Virus record (IMG/VR): IMGVR_UViG_3300044825_002252 | Location: 1-60,262 of that record | Strand: one strand, 5' to 3' | DNA from: a virus | Taxonomy: Duplodnaviria; Caudoviricetes | DNA length: 60,262 nucleotides | Shown: positions 30,166-39,845 of the stretch, in pieces | How the letters are laid out: each line of letters starts with the position of its first letter | Position numbering within the stretch: position 1 is the stretch's first letter | Notes under the pieces: generated by a model | Database searches by the model: none | Told to the model about the DNA's origin: nothing | Seen by the model: only the letters and a program-made list of their open reading frames with translations | Program-made: the position numbers and the translations under genes

Positions 30166-31404
30166 ATGGCAGCTCCAGTATTAAAATTCAAAAGAGGTGC
30201 TTTTGCTAATTTGCCTGGATTAAGGGTAGGTGAACCTGGTTTTACTACAGATAAATATGATCTGTACGTTGGTCTCACCTCCGAAACGTCCACTAATAAA
30301 TTTTTTGGTTCACATCGTTATTGGGGAAGAGAAGATGGAACGACATCTCTTCGTTTTAAACTAGTTGATAAAGACGGAATCAATAGTATAAATTTAAAAT
30401 CTCCAAATACTTTAGCAGGTATAGTTACATATCAACTTCCTGGCGCACAAGGTCCAGTAAATAGTGTGCTCACAAATGATGGAAGTGGAAATTTAAGTTG
30501 GGGAAGTGGGTCACAGAACGCAGTTTTTACTGGAATTACAACAATTAATGGAACATTTCTTGATGTTAATGTAAATGCTGATTTTTCTGGTATAACAACA
30601 ATTTCACAATTAACCATAGGAACTGGTGTTGCAGCAACCCAGTTTTCTAATTCCGTTTCAACTGGAAATTCAGTATCTTCTGTGCCCACATCATCGGCAA
30701 TCATTAATTATGTTTCCTCCCAGATAGGGACAATGGATCTGACACTTGGAATTAATGCTGATACAGGTGGACCAAGTACAGTTGACACATCTCAAACATT
30801 AACAATTGCAGGAACTACAAATGAAGTAGAAACTTCTGTTTCTGGTCAAATTATTACAGTTGGATTGCCAAATTCAGTTATTGTTGGTACTTCATTAAGT
30901 GCACCCACAATTAAAACTGCTACAGTCCAACATTCAAATGGAACACAAGCAGCAACAATTGATGCATCTGGTAACATAACTGCTTCCCAAAACTTTACAA
31001 TTACTGGAAATCTTTATGTAAATGGTTCAACAACTCAAGTCAATACAGAGACATTAACAGTTGAAGATAGACTAATTGAAGCAGGTAAAGTACAAACTTC
31101 TCCACCTTCAGATTCAACTTGGGATGTTGGCGTTCTCTTCAACTACTATAAATCTAATGTAAATAAGAGAGCTGGTGTATTCTGGGACGATAGTGTAGGT
31201 AGAATTGGAATTGCATCTGAAACGTCTGTAACTAATGATAGTGGAACTGGAAGTGGCGATCCATTAATCAGTGTGTCTACTTGGGCACCTATTGAAATCG
31301 GTGCTCTATGGGTAAATGATTGTGCTGGACAATCTCAAGTTATTTCTTGTACTGGAACTGAGAGATTTCTTGAAAATATTACTGTTGATGCCGGAACTTT
31401 CTAA
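30166..31404 (+). CDS. Tail fibre-like protein
   Basis: N-terminal LKFKRG..L..GEPGFTTD attachment motif; GNLYVNGSTTQVNTETLTVEDRLIE; C-terminal VDAGTF. Confidence 0.65.
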   Translation: MAAPVLKFKRGAFANLPGLRVGEPGFTTDKYDLYVGLTSETSTNKFFGSHRYWGREDGTTSLRFKLVDKDGINSINLKSPNTLAGIVTYQLPGAQGPVNSVLTNDGSGNLSWGSGSQNAVFTGITTINGTFLDVNVNADFSGITTISQLTIGTGVAATQFSNSVSTGNSVSSVPTSSAIINYVSSQIGTMDLTLGINADTGGPSTVDTSQTLTIAGTTNEVETSVSGQIITVGLPNSVIVGTSLSAPTIKTATVQHSNGTQAATIDASGNITASQNFTITGNLYVNGSTTQVNTETLTVEDRLIEAGKVQTSPPSDSTWDVGVLFNYYKSNVNKRAGVFWDDSVGRIGIASETSVTNDSGTGSGDPLISVSTWAPIEIGALWVNDCAGQSQVISCTGTERFLENITVDAGTF

Positions 31405-31421
31405 AGAATAAGTTAGGTCAA

Positions 31422-31455
31422 CTAAATACACCCAGGAAACTGGGTGTATTTTTTT
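31422..31455 (+). terminator. Intrinsic terminator overlapping a CTAAATA late-promoter motif
   Basis: TACACCCAG-GAAA-CTGGGTGTA followed by T7; CTAAATA at 31422-31428. Confidence 0.75.
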
Positions 31456-31620
31456 ATGTCTGAAGACGACTTAAAATTAATCTTAGCGAAATATCAACAG
31501 AAATCATTTGAATTATATAATAAAAATATTATATTGGAAACTCAGGTAGAAACTCTTACGGAAAAAGTGAATATATTATCAACAGATATTGAAAAGTTGA
31601 AAAAGACAAAGAACACGTAA
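31456..31620 (+). CDS. 54-aa coiled-coil protein (absent from the ORF track)
   Basis: MSEDDLKLILAKYQQKSFELYNKNIILETQVETLTEKVNILSTDIEKLKKTKNT*. Confidence 0.65.
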   Translation: MSEDDLKLILAKYQQKSFELYNKNIILETQVETLTEKVNILSTDIEKLKKTKNT

Positions 31621-31639
31621 AGCTTGGAGAAAATTTTTA

Positions 31640-31672
31640 ATAAATAATAAAAAAACTCTTATATAAGAGTTT
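31640..31672 (+). promoter_or_regulatory. Late promoter ATAAATA followed by a perfect 20-bp palindrome
   Basis: ATAAATA at 31640-31646; AAACTCTTAT|ATAAGAGTTT at 31653-31672. Confidence 0.55.
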
Positions 31673-31700
31673 CTACGGTAAATACCAAACATGGAGTTGA

Positions 31701-33566
31701 ATGGCTGACCCTAAAATTAAAATTAAAAGATCAGCAATACCTGGCAAAATACCTACTGTAGAGCAACTTCCTTTAGGTGAGCTGGGACTTAATACATTTG
31801 ATGCAGATATATTTGCTCGTAGAGAAAGAGCAGGTATTGGAACAGACATAGTAAGGCTTGGAGCTGGAGCAACTGTTACAAATGTACTATATGTCACACA
31901 AGACGGAATCGACACAAACACAGGAAAAAAGCTTGGAGACGCAAAAAGAACAATTGGAGCAGCACTGTCAGAAGCAACAACAGGAACAATTATTAAAGTT
32001 AGTGCTGGATCTTATGTAGAAAATAACCCATTAATTTTACCTAAGCAGGTTTCTATTGTTGGAGATAGTTTGAGGGAAGTTTCAGTTTCCCCACAAAATT
32101 CAAACCAAGATTTATTTTATGTTTTAGAAGGAAATTATATTGCAGAAATATCTTTCACTGGAACTCTAAATCCAGGTAAGGCAATTTTTGCATTTAATCC
32201 AAATCAAGTTGGATTTACTAGTCAGTCACCATATATTCAAAATTGTACTAATTTTATTCCAAATAGTATTGGATTAAAAATCGATGGCTCAAAATGCATT
32301 GGGCCATTAAAATCTATGGTTTTGGATTCATATACTCAATATAATCAAGGTGGAATTGGATGTTCAATTACCAATGAAGGCTATGCTCAATTGGTATCAA
32401 TGTTTACTATTTGCAATGACATTGCAGTTTACTGTGGATCCGGTTCTGCATGTGATTTGACCAATTCTAATTCTTCATTTGGAAATTATGCTTTAGTCTC
32501 AGATGGAGTTGGTCCTTTAAAATACACTGGGATTATAACTAATCCTGCTACAATTAACTCAGATACTTTTGTTTTAGACCTAAATGTACCAACTTTAAAT
32601 GTTAATTCTGCATTATATGATAATTTAACTGGATTGACTACAATTACAGTCAATACGAATCATAATTTAAGTATTGGAATGGGAGTCACGATTTCTGGAC
32701 TTGCATTTACATGTACATCTGGACCTGGAATTGTTACATATCCATCTGGCAATAAAGGTTATATTTTTGAAGTTGTTGGAGTACCTTCATCCACTTCATT
32801 TGAAGTTTATGTTGGAATATCCACTTTACAACATACATATCAGTCTGGTGGAACAGTAAAAATAAATGTATCCAGACCTTTTGATGGTCAGGTAATTTAC
32901 TTGGAAGATTTATATTATACAGTAGGAAAAATTAATGTAAGTTCTGGAGGAACTGGATACACTGAAACGCCAGAAATTACAATAGAAAGTCCACCTACAC
33001 AATGGGGAATTCCAGCAACTGCTGTTGCCGAAGTCATAAATGGATCTGTATCTTCGGTAGAAATTGTGTCCAGTGGTCGTGGATATAGCTCAACTGTTCC
33101 TACTGTAAATTTTGGTATGCCGAATATTGGTATAAATTCGGCAACCGCGACAGTAAATCTTACTCCTACTTATTATGTAATATCCAAATCAACTCCAATT
33201 TCTTCTGGGATTTGTACGGTAACCTTAACCGATAATGTTCCATATGCAGTTGGAGTTGGTTCTACCGTTCCATTTTTTAAACAAAGTAGAATATTGGCAT
33301 CTGGGCACTCATTAGAATACATTGGATCTGGGACTGACATTTCAACATCATTGCCACAAAATGGTGGAGTGCCAATTCAATCAAATGAAACCGATTCAAG
33401 AAATGGTGGATTAGTTGTATTCACATCAACTGATCAATCAGGTAATTTTAGAATTGGAGATGGGGTTGTAATAAATCAACAATCAGGGACTATTACTGGA
33501 ACATTTTACTCTAAAAGTTTGTTTTCTACAATAACACCGTTCATTTTAGCACTAGGAGGAGATTAA
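31701..33566 (+). CDS. Tail fibre/spike protein, shorter paralogue of 8483..12460
   Basis: IKIKRS..GELGLN attachment motif; VLYVTQDG.D.NTG..DAKRTIGAA; SPYIQNCTNF; DSYTQYNQGGIG; C-terminal TITPFILALG versus TITPLIIALG. Confidence 0.7.
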   Translation: MADPKIKIKRSAIPGKIPTVEQLPLGELGLNTFDADIFARRERAGIGTDIVRLGAGATVTNVLYVTQDGIDTNTGKKLGDAKRTIGAALSEATTGTIIKVSAGSYVENNPLILPKQVSIVGDSLREVSVSPQNSNQDLFYVLEGNYIAEISFTGTLNPGKAIFAFNPNQVGFTSQSPYIQNCTNFIPNSIGLKIDGSKCIGPLKSMVLDSYTQYNQGGIGCSITNEGYAQLVSMFTICNDIAVYCGSGSACDLTNSNSSFGNYALVSDGVGPLKYTGIITNPATINSDTFVLDLNVPTLNVNSALYDNLTGLTTITVNTNHNLSIGMGVTISGLAFTCTSGPGIVTYPSGNKGYIFEVVGVPSSTSFEVYVGISTLQHTYQSGGTVKINVSRPFDGQVIYLEDLYYTVGKINVSSGGTGYTETPEITIESPPTQWGIPATAVAEVINGSVSSVEIVSSGRGYSSTVPTVNFGMPNIGINSATATVNLTPTYYVISKSTPISSGICTVTLTDNVPYAVGVGSTVPFFKQSRILASGHSLEYIGSGTDISTSLPQNGGVPIQSNETDSRNGGLVVFTSTDQSGNFRIGDGVVINQQSGTITGTFYSKSLFSTITPFILALGGD

Positions 33567-33568
33567 AA

Positions 33569-33910
33569 ATGGCATTAGCACTCAATGTTTTTCAGACGGT
33601 TACTTCAGTTGTCCCAACTAGTGCAACAGTAATATATACTGCTCCAGTTGGATATACTGGAGTTATCCTCCTAGCACAAGTTGCAAATATTAGTGGAAAT
33701 TCTGAAGATATTTCTTTATCACATCAAAGATCAGTTGCTGGAATAGCAGTAACTACGGAAATGTTAAAGCAATATCCCATTTCAGCAAATGATACTGCCA
33801 ATTTGCTTTCTGGAAAATTAGTATTAGAAAGTGGAGATAAATTAGTTCTATCTGGTAGTAATGGAACTGATCTCAAATTCATAGCTAGCATTTTAGAAAC
33901 ACTTAATTAA
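33569..33910 (+). CDS. Small fibre-associated adaptor-like protein, paralogue of 12463..12831
   Basis: Alignment by eye (see 12463); GGAGGAG RBS. Confidence 0.65.
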   Translation: MALALNVFQTVTSVVPTSATVIYTAPVGYTGVILLAQVANISGNSEDISLSHQRSVAGIAVTTEMLKQYPISANDTANLLSGKLVLESGDKLVLSGSNGTDLKFIASILETLN

Positions 33911-33921
33911 TATACCGTAAA

Positions 33922-36900
33922 ATGGCAAAGTATCTTAGCAATCGTCAAAAAAATCTTAGGGTTGGTATTGGTTCATATACCGAAAATCAAACAGTAGTTG
34001 ATATTACTGGAAAGGTAGGTATTGGAACAAAAGATGCTTCTGCTTCATTACACGTTTTAGGTGGAGCCATTTTTAATGGAGAAAATCCTAACGAATTAGT
34101 TAGAATTACTCAAATTGGAACTGGACCAGCATTTGTAGTTGAAGATAGTGCAAATCCAGATTCCACACCATTTGTTGTCACTGCTGATGGTAAAGTTGCT
34201 ATAGGTGTTGCAGCTGGTGGAATTTCATCATCTTATAAATTAGAAGTTGATGGTGGAGATATAAGATTTGTAACTGGTAGTGAAGGAGATCTAATCATCT
34301 CTCACCAAGATATGGTCTCAAATGTTCGTGCTGGTGGTTCAGTACAACTTAATTTGGGAGCAAATGGTGGAGATGCGATTAGAATAAATTTAAATAATCA
34401 AGTTGGAATTGGTACAACAAATCCAACCTCAAAATTACATGTGGTTGGAAATACGTATCAAGATGGAATAGTTACCTCAAAGCAAATTGACGTTTTAGAA
34501 TCTTCTAGATTTAGGGGTACATTGTATGATTATAACAATTCTTCTGGTGTACAAGGACAAGTTTTAGTTTCTACTGGTACAAATGCTACTTGGACTGATG
34601 TTGGTGAAATTTCAGTAATTCAAAACATTATTAATACTTCACTTACTGGAATTGAAATCAAGGAAGAAAGTGTTGGTATTGGGACAACTTTCACGGCAAT
34701 TAATTTTATTGGTCTTGGTGTAACTGCATCCGCAAATGGTAATGTTGCTAATGTTACTTTTTCTCAGCAAGTTGGTGCACAGGGATCTCAAGGAACACAA
34801 GGACCACAGGGACTCCAAGGAACCCAAGGACCACAAGGTAGTCAAGGACCACAAGGTAGTCAAGGAACACAAGGAACTCAAGGACCTCAGGGAACTCAAG
34901 GACTACAAGGTTTACAAGGTACTCAAGGACCCCAAGGAACTCAAGGACCACAGGGAACTCAAGGACTACAAGGTTTACAAGGTACTCAAGGACCCCAAGG
35001 AACTCAAGGACCTCAGGGAACTCAAGGACCACAAGGTAGTCAAGGACCACAAGGTAGTCAAGGAACTCAAGGACTACAAGGTTTACAAGGTACTCAAGGA
35101 CCCCAAGGAACTCAAGGACCACAGGGAACTCAAGGACTACAAGGTTTACAAGGTACTCAAGGACCCCAAGGAACTCAAGGACCTCAGGGAACTCAAGGAC
35201 CACAAGGTAGTCAAGGACCACAAGGTAGTCAAGGAACTCAAGGACTACAAGGTTTACAAGGTACTCAAGGACCCCAAGGAACTCAAGGACCACAGGGAAC
35301 TCAAGGACTACAAGGTTTACAAGGCACCCAAGGACCACAGGGAACTCAAGGTAGTCAAGGTAGTCAAGGTTTACAAGGTTTACAAGGTTTACAAGGACCC
35401 CAAGGAACTCAAGGAACTCAAGGACCCCAAGGAACTCAAGGACCACAGGGAACTCAAGGACCACAAGGTTTACAAGGCACCCAAGGACCACAGGGAACTC
35501 AAGGACCTCAAGGTAGTCAAGGTTTACAAGGTTTACAAGGCACCCAAGGTACTCAAGGACCACAGGGAACTCAAGGACCACAAGGTAGTCAAGGTCTACA
35601 AGGTTTACAAGGCACTCAAGGACCACAGGGAACTCAAGGACCACAGGGAACTCAAGGACCACAAGGTTTACAAGGCACCCAAGGATCACAAGGTGTTTCT
35701 GGTCCAGTAGCAGGTTCTGCTAACCAAGTTGTTTACAAAGATGGATCTAACAATCCTACAGGTTCCAACAATTTAACTTTTAATGGAACAGAATTAGTTG
35801 CACACACACTAACGGTCCTCAACAATACTGATATTAATGGTAACTTGAATGTTGATGGAACTATTACTATTGGTGGTACTGCTGCACAACTTAACACTCA
35901 ACAACTAACAGTATCTGATCCTGATATTGTTCTTGGTATTGGAACGTCATTCTCACCAACTGATGCAACTGCAAGTCACGGTGGTATTGCAATCGCATCA
36001 ACAGAGGGAACTCCACTTGTAAATCTCAATATCGCAGGAGAAACCAATCCTTACACATATAAGAAAATTATGTGGTTCAGGGGTGGTGATATTGGTGCTG
36101 GCATTACTGATGCTTGGCTATTTAACTACGGTGTAGGAATTGGGAGCACTCAAGTACCTAATGGTGTTAGACTTGCTGCTGGTGGAATGCAAGTTACTGA
36201 CCTAACTGTTAATTCTCCACAATTAAGGATAACAGGAGTATCTACATTTGGTCAAACTGTAGAATTGGATGCTGGACTCAAAGACATTTATGGACAGTTA
36301 GGTAGTTCTGGATCTATTCTCATTTCGACTGGAGCTGGAGTTAGCTGGACCTCTCCTTTTGCAGCTGGACTACAAGGTTTACAGGGAACACAAGGTACTC
36401 AAGCTACTCAAGGCAGTCAAGGTCCACAAGGAACTCAAGGAACACAAGGTACTCAAGGCAGTCAAGGTCCACAAGGAATTCAAGGAACACAAGGTACTCA
36501 AGGCAGTCAAGGTCCACAAGGAATTCAAGGAACACAAGGTACTCAAGCTACTCAAGGCAGTCAAGGTCCACAAGGAATTCAAGGAACACAAGGTACTCAA
36601 GCTACTCAAGGCAGTCAAGGTCCACAAGGAATTCAAGGAACTCAAGGAACTCAAGCTACTCAAGGTAGTCAAGGTCCACAAGGAACACAAGGTCTACAGG
36701 GAACTCAAGGAACTCAAGGACCACAAGGTAGTCAAGGTCTACAAGGTTTACAGGGAACACAAGGTATTCAAGGTGGAAATAATGGCGGAGTAACAATACT
36801 TGATGATACATCTACAAATTCTAACTGGTATGTTGCAATTTCTAGTGTTACCTCTGGAATTCAAACTACATTAAGAGTTTCCTCTAATAAACTTCAAATT

Positions 36901-38157
36901 AATCCATCAAGTGGGGCACTTGGTATTGGAACAATTATTGATATTATTCCTTATGATACTTTAAATTCAGGAACTCTTTCTTGGGAAGGTTCTGCAGGAC
37001 AGCTATTCAGTATTACTAATAATCTTACAACTGGTTCTATATTCTCCGTAAATGATGTTTCTGGTATTCCAAGTATTGATGTAGATGCAAATGGAACTAT
37101 ACAAATTGCACCTTTTGGGGGTAACTTGGGTGTTGGAACCACAAATCCAACATCAAAACTTCACGTTGTTGGTGATGCTAGATTTACTGGAGTTGTTACC
37201 GCATCTAGTTTCTCTGGTAATGCTACTAGTTCAACTTATGCAACAACTGCCGGTATTGCTACTTATGCTACCTCAAGTGGAATAGCAACTTATGCTACTA
37301 ATGCGGGTGTATCCACATATGCAACCTCAAGTGGTATTGCTACTTACGCTACTTCAAGTGGTATAGCAACCTATGCAACCAATGCTGGAGTATCTACTTA
37401 TGCAACCTCTAGTGGTATTGCTACATATGCTGCAACAGCAGGCATAGCAACCTATGCTACTAACTCTGGAGTATCAACATCAGTCATTGGTGGTATCGCA
37501 TCAGTAACACAATTAAGTGTTAGTGGAATAACAACACTTGGTTTTGTAACTACAGGTAATATATTCTCTACAGGTATCATAACTGCAACTTCTTATAGAG
37601 GTGATGGTTCTCAACTAACAGGTATTAGTGCTTCTGGTGGAATTACTGTTATAAATGATGAGTCAACAAACTCAATTCGTTATATTACATTTGAAGATGT
37701 AACTTCAGGACTATCTACAAATGTTGGAATTTCTTCCACTAAACTTGTATTCAATCCATCATCCGGTAATCTTGGAATTGGAACCACAAATCCAACATAT
37801 AAGTTACACGTTGTTGGTTCTTTTGGTGCTACTACAAAGTCATTCATTATTCCACACCCAACAAAAGAAGGTAAGCAACTTCAATATGGTTCACTTGAAG
37901 GTCCTGAACTTGGTGTATATGTTCGTGGAAGATCGCAAGAAACTACTATTGAACTACCAGAATATTGGACGAAACTTATAGATTCTCAAAGTATTACAGT
38001 TTCTCTTACACCTATTGGAAATAGTGCATTACCAAGAGTAGAAAAGGTTTTGGATAATGTTGTTTATGTCTTTAGTAAGGAAGAGGGTGAATTGAATTAC
38101 TATTACACCGTCTTTGCAGAGAGATGTGATGTTAATAAACTAGAGGTGGAGATTTGA
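33922..38157 (+). CDS. Collagen-like (Gly-X-Gln) long tail fibre B
   Basis: Two GXQ blocks, a 9-aa ATYAT(S/N)(S/A)G(I/V) repeat, fibre motifs, and a C-terminal KSFIIPHP..LQYGSLEGPE..IELPEYW domain common at phage fibre ends. Confidence 0.8.
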   Translation: MAKYLSNRQKNLRVGIGSYTENQTVVDITGKVGIGTKDASASLHVLGGAIFNGENPNELVRITQIGTGPAFVVEDSANPDSTPFVVTADGKVAIGVAAGGISSSYKLEVDGGDIRFVTGSEGDLIISHQDMVSNVRAGGSVQLNLGANGGDAIRINLNNQVGIGTTNPTSKLHVVGNTYQDGIVTSKQIDVLESSRFRGTLYDYNNSSGVQGQVLVSTGTNATWTDVGEISVIQNIINTSLTGIEIKEESVGIGTTFTAINFIGLGVTASANGNVANVTFSQQVGAQGSQGTQGPQGLQGTQGPQGSQGPQGSQGTQGTQGPQGTQGLQGLQGTQGPQGTQGPQGTQGLQGLQGTQGPQGTQGPQGTQGPQGSQGPQGSQGTQGLQGLQGTQGPQGTQGPQGTQGLQGLQGTQGPQGTQGPQGTQGPQGSQGPQGSQGTQGLQGLQGTQGPQGTQGPQGTQGLQGLQGTQGPQGTQGSQGSQGLQGLQGLQGPQGTQGTQGPQGTQGPQGTQGPQGLQGTQGPQGTQGPQGSQGLQGLQGTQGTQGPQGTQGPQGSQGLQGLQGTQGPQGTQGPQGTQGPQGLQGTQGSQGVSGPVAGSANQVVYKDGSNNPTGSNNLTFNGTELVAHTLTVLNNTDINGNLNVDGTITIGGTAAQLNTQQLTVSDPDIVLGIGTSFSPTDATASHGGIAIASTEGTPLVNLNIAGETNPYTYKKIMWFRGGDIGAGITDAWLFNYGVGIGSTQVPNGVRLAAGGMQVTDLTVNSPQLRITGVSTFGQTVELDAGLKDIYGQLGSSGSILISTGAGVSWTSPFAAGLQGLQGTQGTQATQGSQGPQGTQGTQGTQGSQGPQGIQGTQGTQGSQGPQGIQGTQGTQATQGSQGPQGIQGTQGTQATQGSQGPQGIQGTQGTQATQGSQGPQGTQGLQGTQGTQGPQGSQGLQGLQGTQGIQGGNNGGVTILDDTSTNSNWYVAISSVTSGIQTTLRVSSNKLQINPSSGALGIGTIIDIIPYDTLNSGTLSWEGSAGQLFSITNNLTTGSIFSVNDVSGIPSIDVDANGTIQIAPFGGNLGVGTTNPTSKLHVVGDARFTGVVTASSFSGNATSSTYATTAGIATYATSSGIATYATNAGVSTYATSSGIATYATSSGIATYATNAGVSTYATSSGIATYAATAGIATYATNSGVSTSVIGGIASVTQLSVSGITTLGFVTTGNIFSTGIITATSYRGDGSQLTGISASGGITVINDESTNSIRYITFEDVTSGLSTNVGISSTKLVFNPSSGNLGIGTTNPTYKLHVVGSFGATTKSFIIPHPTKEGKQLQYGSLEGPELGVYVRGRSQETTIELPEYWTKLIDSQSITVSLTPIGNSALPRVEKVLDNVVYVFSKEEGELNYYYTVFAERCDVNKLEVEI
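34774..35700 (+). repeat. Collagen-like repeat block with a 171-bp higher-order tandem unit
   Basis: The 19-triplet unit starts at 34891, 35062 and 35233 with the same DNA. Confidence 0.9.
36367..36774 (+). repeat. Collagen-like repeat block 2 of fibre B (with ATQ interruptions)
   Basis: Recurring ggcagtcaaggtccacaaggaattcaaggaacacaaggtactcaa units. Confidence 0.9.
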
Positions 38158-38158
38158 T

Positions 38159-38851
38159 ATGGCAATTGGATATGGTCCTCGTGTTGTTACGGATGGGTTA
38201 GTTCTTGCTCTTGATGCAGCAGATAGGAACTCATATCCTGGTTCTGGAACTACTTGGTCCGATTTAAGTGGTAGAAGTAATACCGGAACTCTCACTAATG
38301 GACCGACTTATAGTAGTTCTAATGGTGGGTCTATTGTTTTTGATGGGACTAATGATTATGTTGCTCCCACGGGAGTTACTGATTCTTTTTTACAAGGAAA
38401 TTGGACTGTAAGTTTTTGGATAAATTTTGATACTTTAAGTGTTGCAAATAATGGAACTGATGATAAAACTTTATTGCAGCACGGCACTTTTACAACAAGA
38501 AAAGGACTTCATTTAACTCAAAGAAACTCCCGCATTCATTTTGGGTTATATGGTGATGATTTGCAAGCAACAACTGTTTTAAGCACTGGACGATGGTATA
38601 ATGTTGTTTTTACTTTAAATAATACCTCATTTGTAAAACAAAATTATTTGAATGGTGTTTTGGATAATTCTCATACTGGTGGTGGTGCTTATACAGGTAC
38701 TGGTAGTAATGCAAGAATCTGTGGAGTTGTTTTAAATTTTGGTTTAACTTTTGATGGATTTATGAGTAATTGTAATTTTTATAATCGTGTTCTCACAGCA
38801 ACAGAAGTCCAACAAAACTTCAATGCACTTCGTGGTCGTTACGGAATCTAG
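38159..38851 (+). CDS. LamG/concanavalin A-like lectin domain protein L1
   Basis: GLVLALDAADRNSYPGSGTTW.DLSG..TLTNGPTY..SIVFDGTND; WYNVVFT..YLNG; FYNRVLTATEVQQNFNA. Confidence 0.8.
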   Translation: MAIGYGPRVVTDGLVLALDAADRNSYPGSGTTWSDLSGRSNTGTLTNGPTYSSSNGGSIVFDGTNDYVAPTGVTDSFLQGNWTVSFWINFDTLSVANNGTDDKTLLQHGTFTTRKGLHLTQRNSRIHFGLYGDDLQATTVLSTGRWYNVVFTLNNTSFVKQNYLNGVLDNSHTGGGAYTGTGSNARICGVVLNFGLTFDGFMSNCNFYNRVLTATEVQQNFNALRGRYGI

Positions 38852-38865
38852 GAGAGTAAATTAAA

Positions 38866-39573
38866 ATGGCAGCATTTTCGGGTCCTGATGTTATTGATAG
38901 TGGATTAGTTCTTGCTCTTGATGCAGCAGATAGGAACTCATATCCTGGTTCTGGAACTACTTGGACTGATTTGAGTGGTAATAGTAATACTGGAACACTA
39001 ACAAATGGTCCCACTTATAGTAGTTCTAATGGTGGTTCTATTGTTTTTGATGGAACTAATGACAGAATTGATTGTGGTACAAATTTTTCTTCTGTTATAA
39101 CAGGTACAAATAGTTTTTCTATAGAATGTTGGGTGTACCCTCAAAACACACAAGCAACATATGCTGATATATGGGGAAATCATACTGATAATTTTACTGG
39201 AATTGTTTGTCAGCAGAACTCTACAACATTAAATCAATATAGTTGGGGGTGGGGAAATGGAGTATCTTGGGCAACTTCTGGTGGTTCTAATTATTTTAAT
39301 TTAGTCACATTACAGTGGAACCATCTTATAGCAATTAGGAGTGGCACAAGTATTTTGACTTATTTAAATGCAAATTTAGTAGATTCAGTAACAAACTCCT
39401 CTTCCATAGCACCAAATTCTTCATTTAATTTTCAAATTGGAACGGGATATAACTTAGGAGGTACTAGGTATTTTAGAGGAAATGTTTCTAACTTTAAAAT
39501 CTACAACAGAGCACTCACAGCAGCAGAAGTTAGACAAAACTTTAATGTAACTCGTTCACGTTACGGAATCTAA
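38866..39573 (+). CDS. LamG-like protein L2
   Basis: Same conserved termini as L1, divergent core (FSIECWVYP..WNHLIA..). Confidence 0.8.
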   Translation: MAAFSGPDVIDSGLVLALDAADRNSYPGSGTTWTDLSGNSNTGTLTNGPTYSSSNGGSIVFDGTNDRIDCGTNFSSVITGTNSFSIECWVYPQNTQATYADIWGNHTDNFTGIVCQQNSTTLNQYSWGWGNGVSWATSGGSNYFNLVTLQWNHLIAIRSGTSILTYLNANLVDSVTNSSSIAPNSSFNFQIGTGYNLGGTRYFRGNVSNFKIYNRALTAAEVRQNFNVTRSRYGI

Positions 39574-39576
39574 ATA
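39570..39576 (+). promoter_or_regulatory. Late promoter motif CTAAATA
   Basis: Overlaps the L2 stop codon. Confidence 0.5.
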
Positions 39577-39590
39577 CTTCAAAAACTATT

Positions 39591-39845
39591 ATGTACGAAG
39601 CAAGACAGTTCGCAATCTTCTCTACAACCGAGTTAGATCAAATCAACTTTACTGAAGTGTTAGAAACTTCTGCAGATACTGTAAGAAAATCTGTAGATGA
39701 AACAAAGACATTTGTAAAGTGGGATGGAGAAACTTTACCATCATCAGTACAAGCACTCACAACACTTGAAGGACCTTATACATACACAGAGATTTTAGAT
39801 ATTTTAAGTACTCCCGAATGGTCTGCACCTGTGGAGGAGATATAA
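39591..39845 (+). CDS. Small acidic hypothetical protein associated with LamG genes
   Basis: 84 aa: INFTEVLETSADTVRKSVDETKTFVKW..YTYTEILDILSTPEW. Confidence 0.65.
   Translation: MYEARQFAIFSTTELDQINFTEVLETSADTVRKSVDETKTFVKWDGETLPSSVQALTTLEGPYTYTEILDILSTPEWSAPVEEI

Noticed and set aside
13292-36793. Long alternative-frame and antisense ORFs over the collagen blocks (e.g. 13310+, 13292-, 15377+, 34736+, 34754-, 36359+)
   Set aside because: Stop-free only because of the 9-bp GGN-NNN-CAA periodicity; low-complexity products with no RBS.
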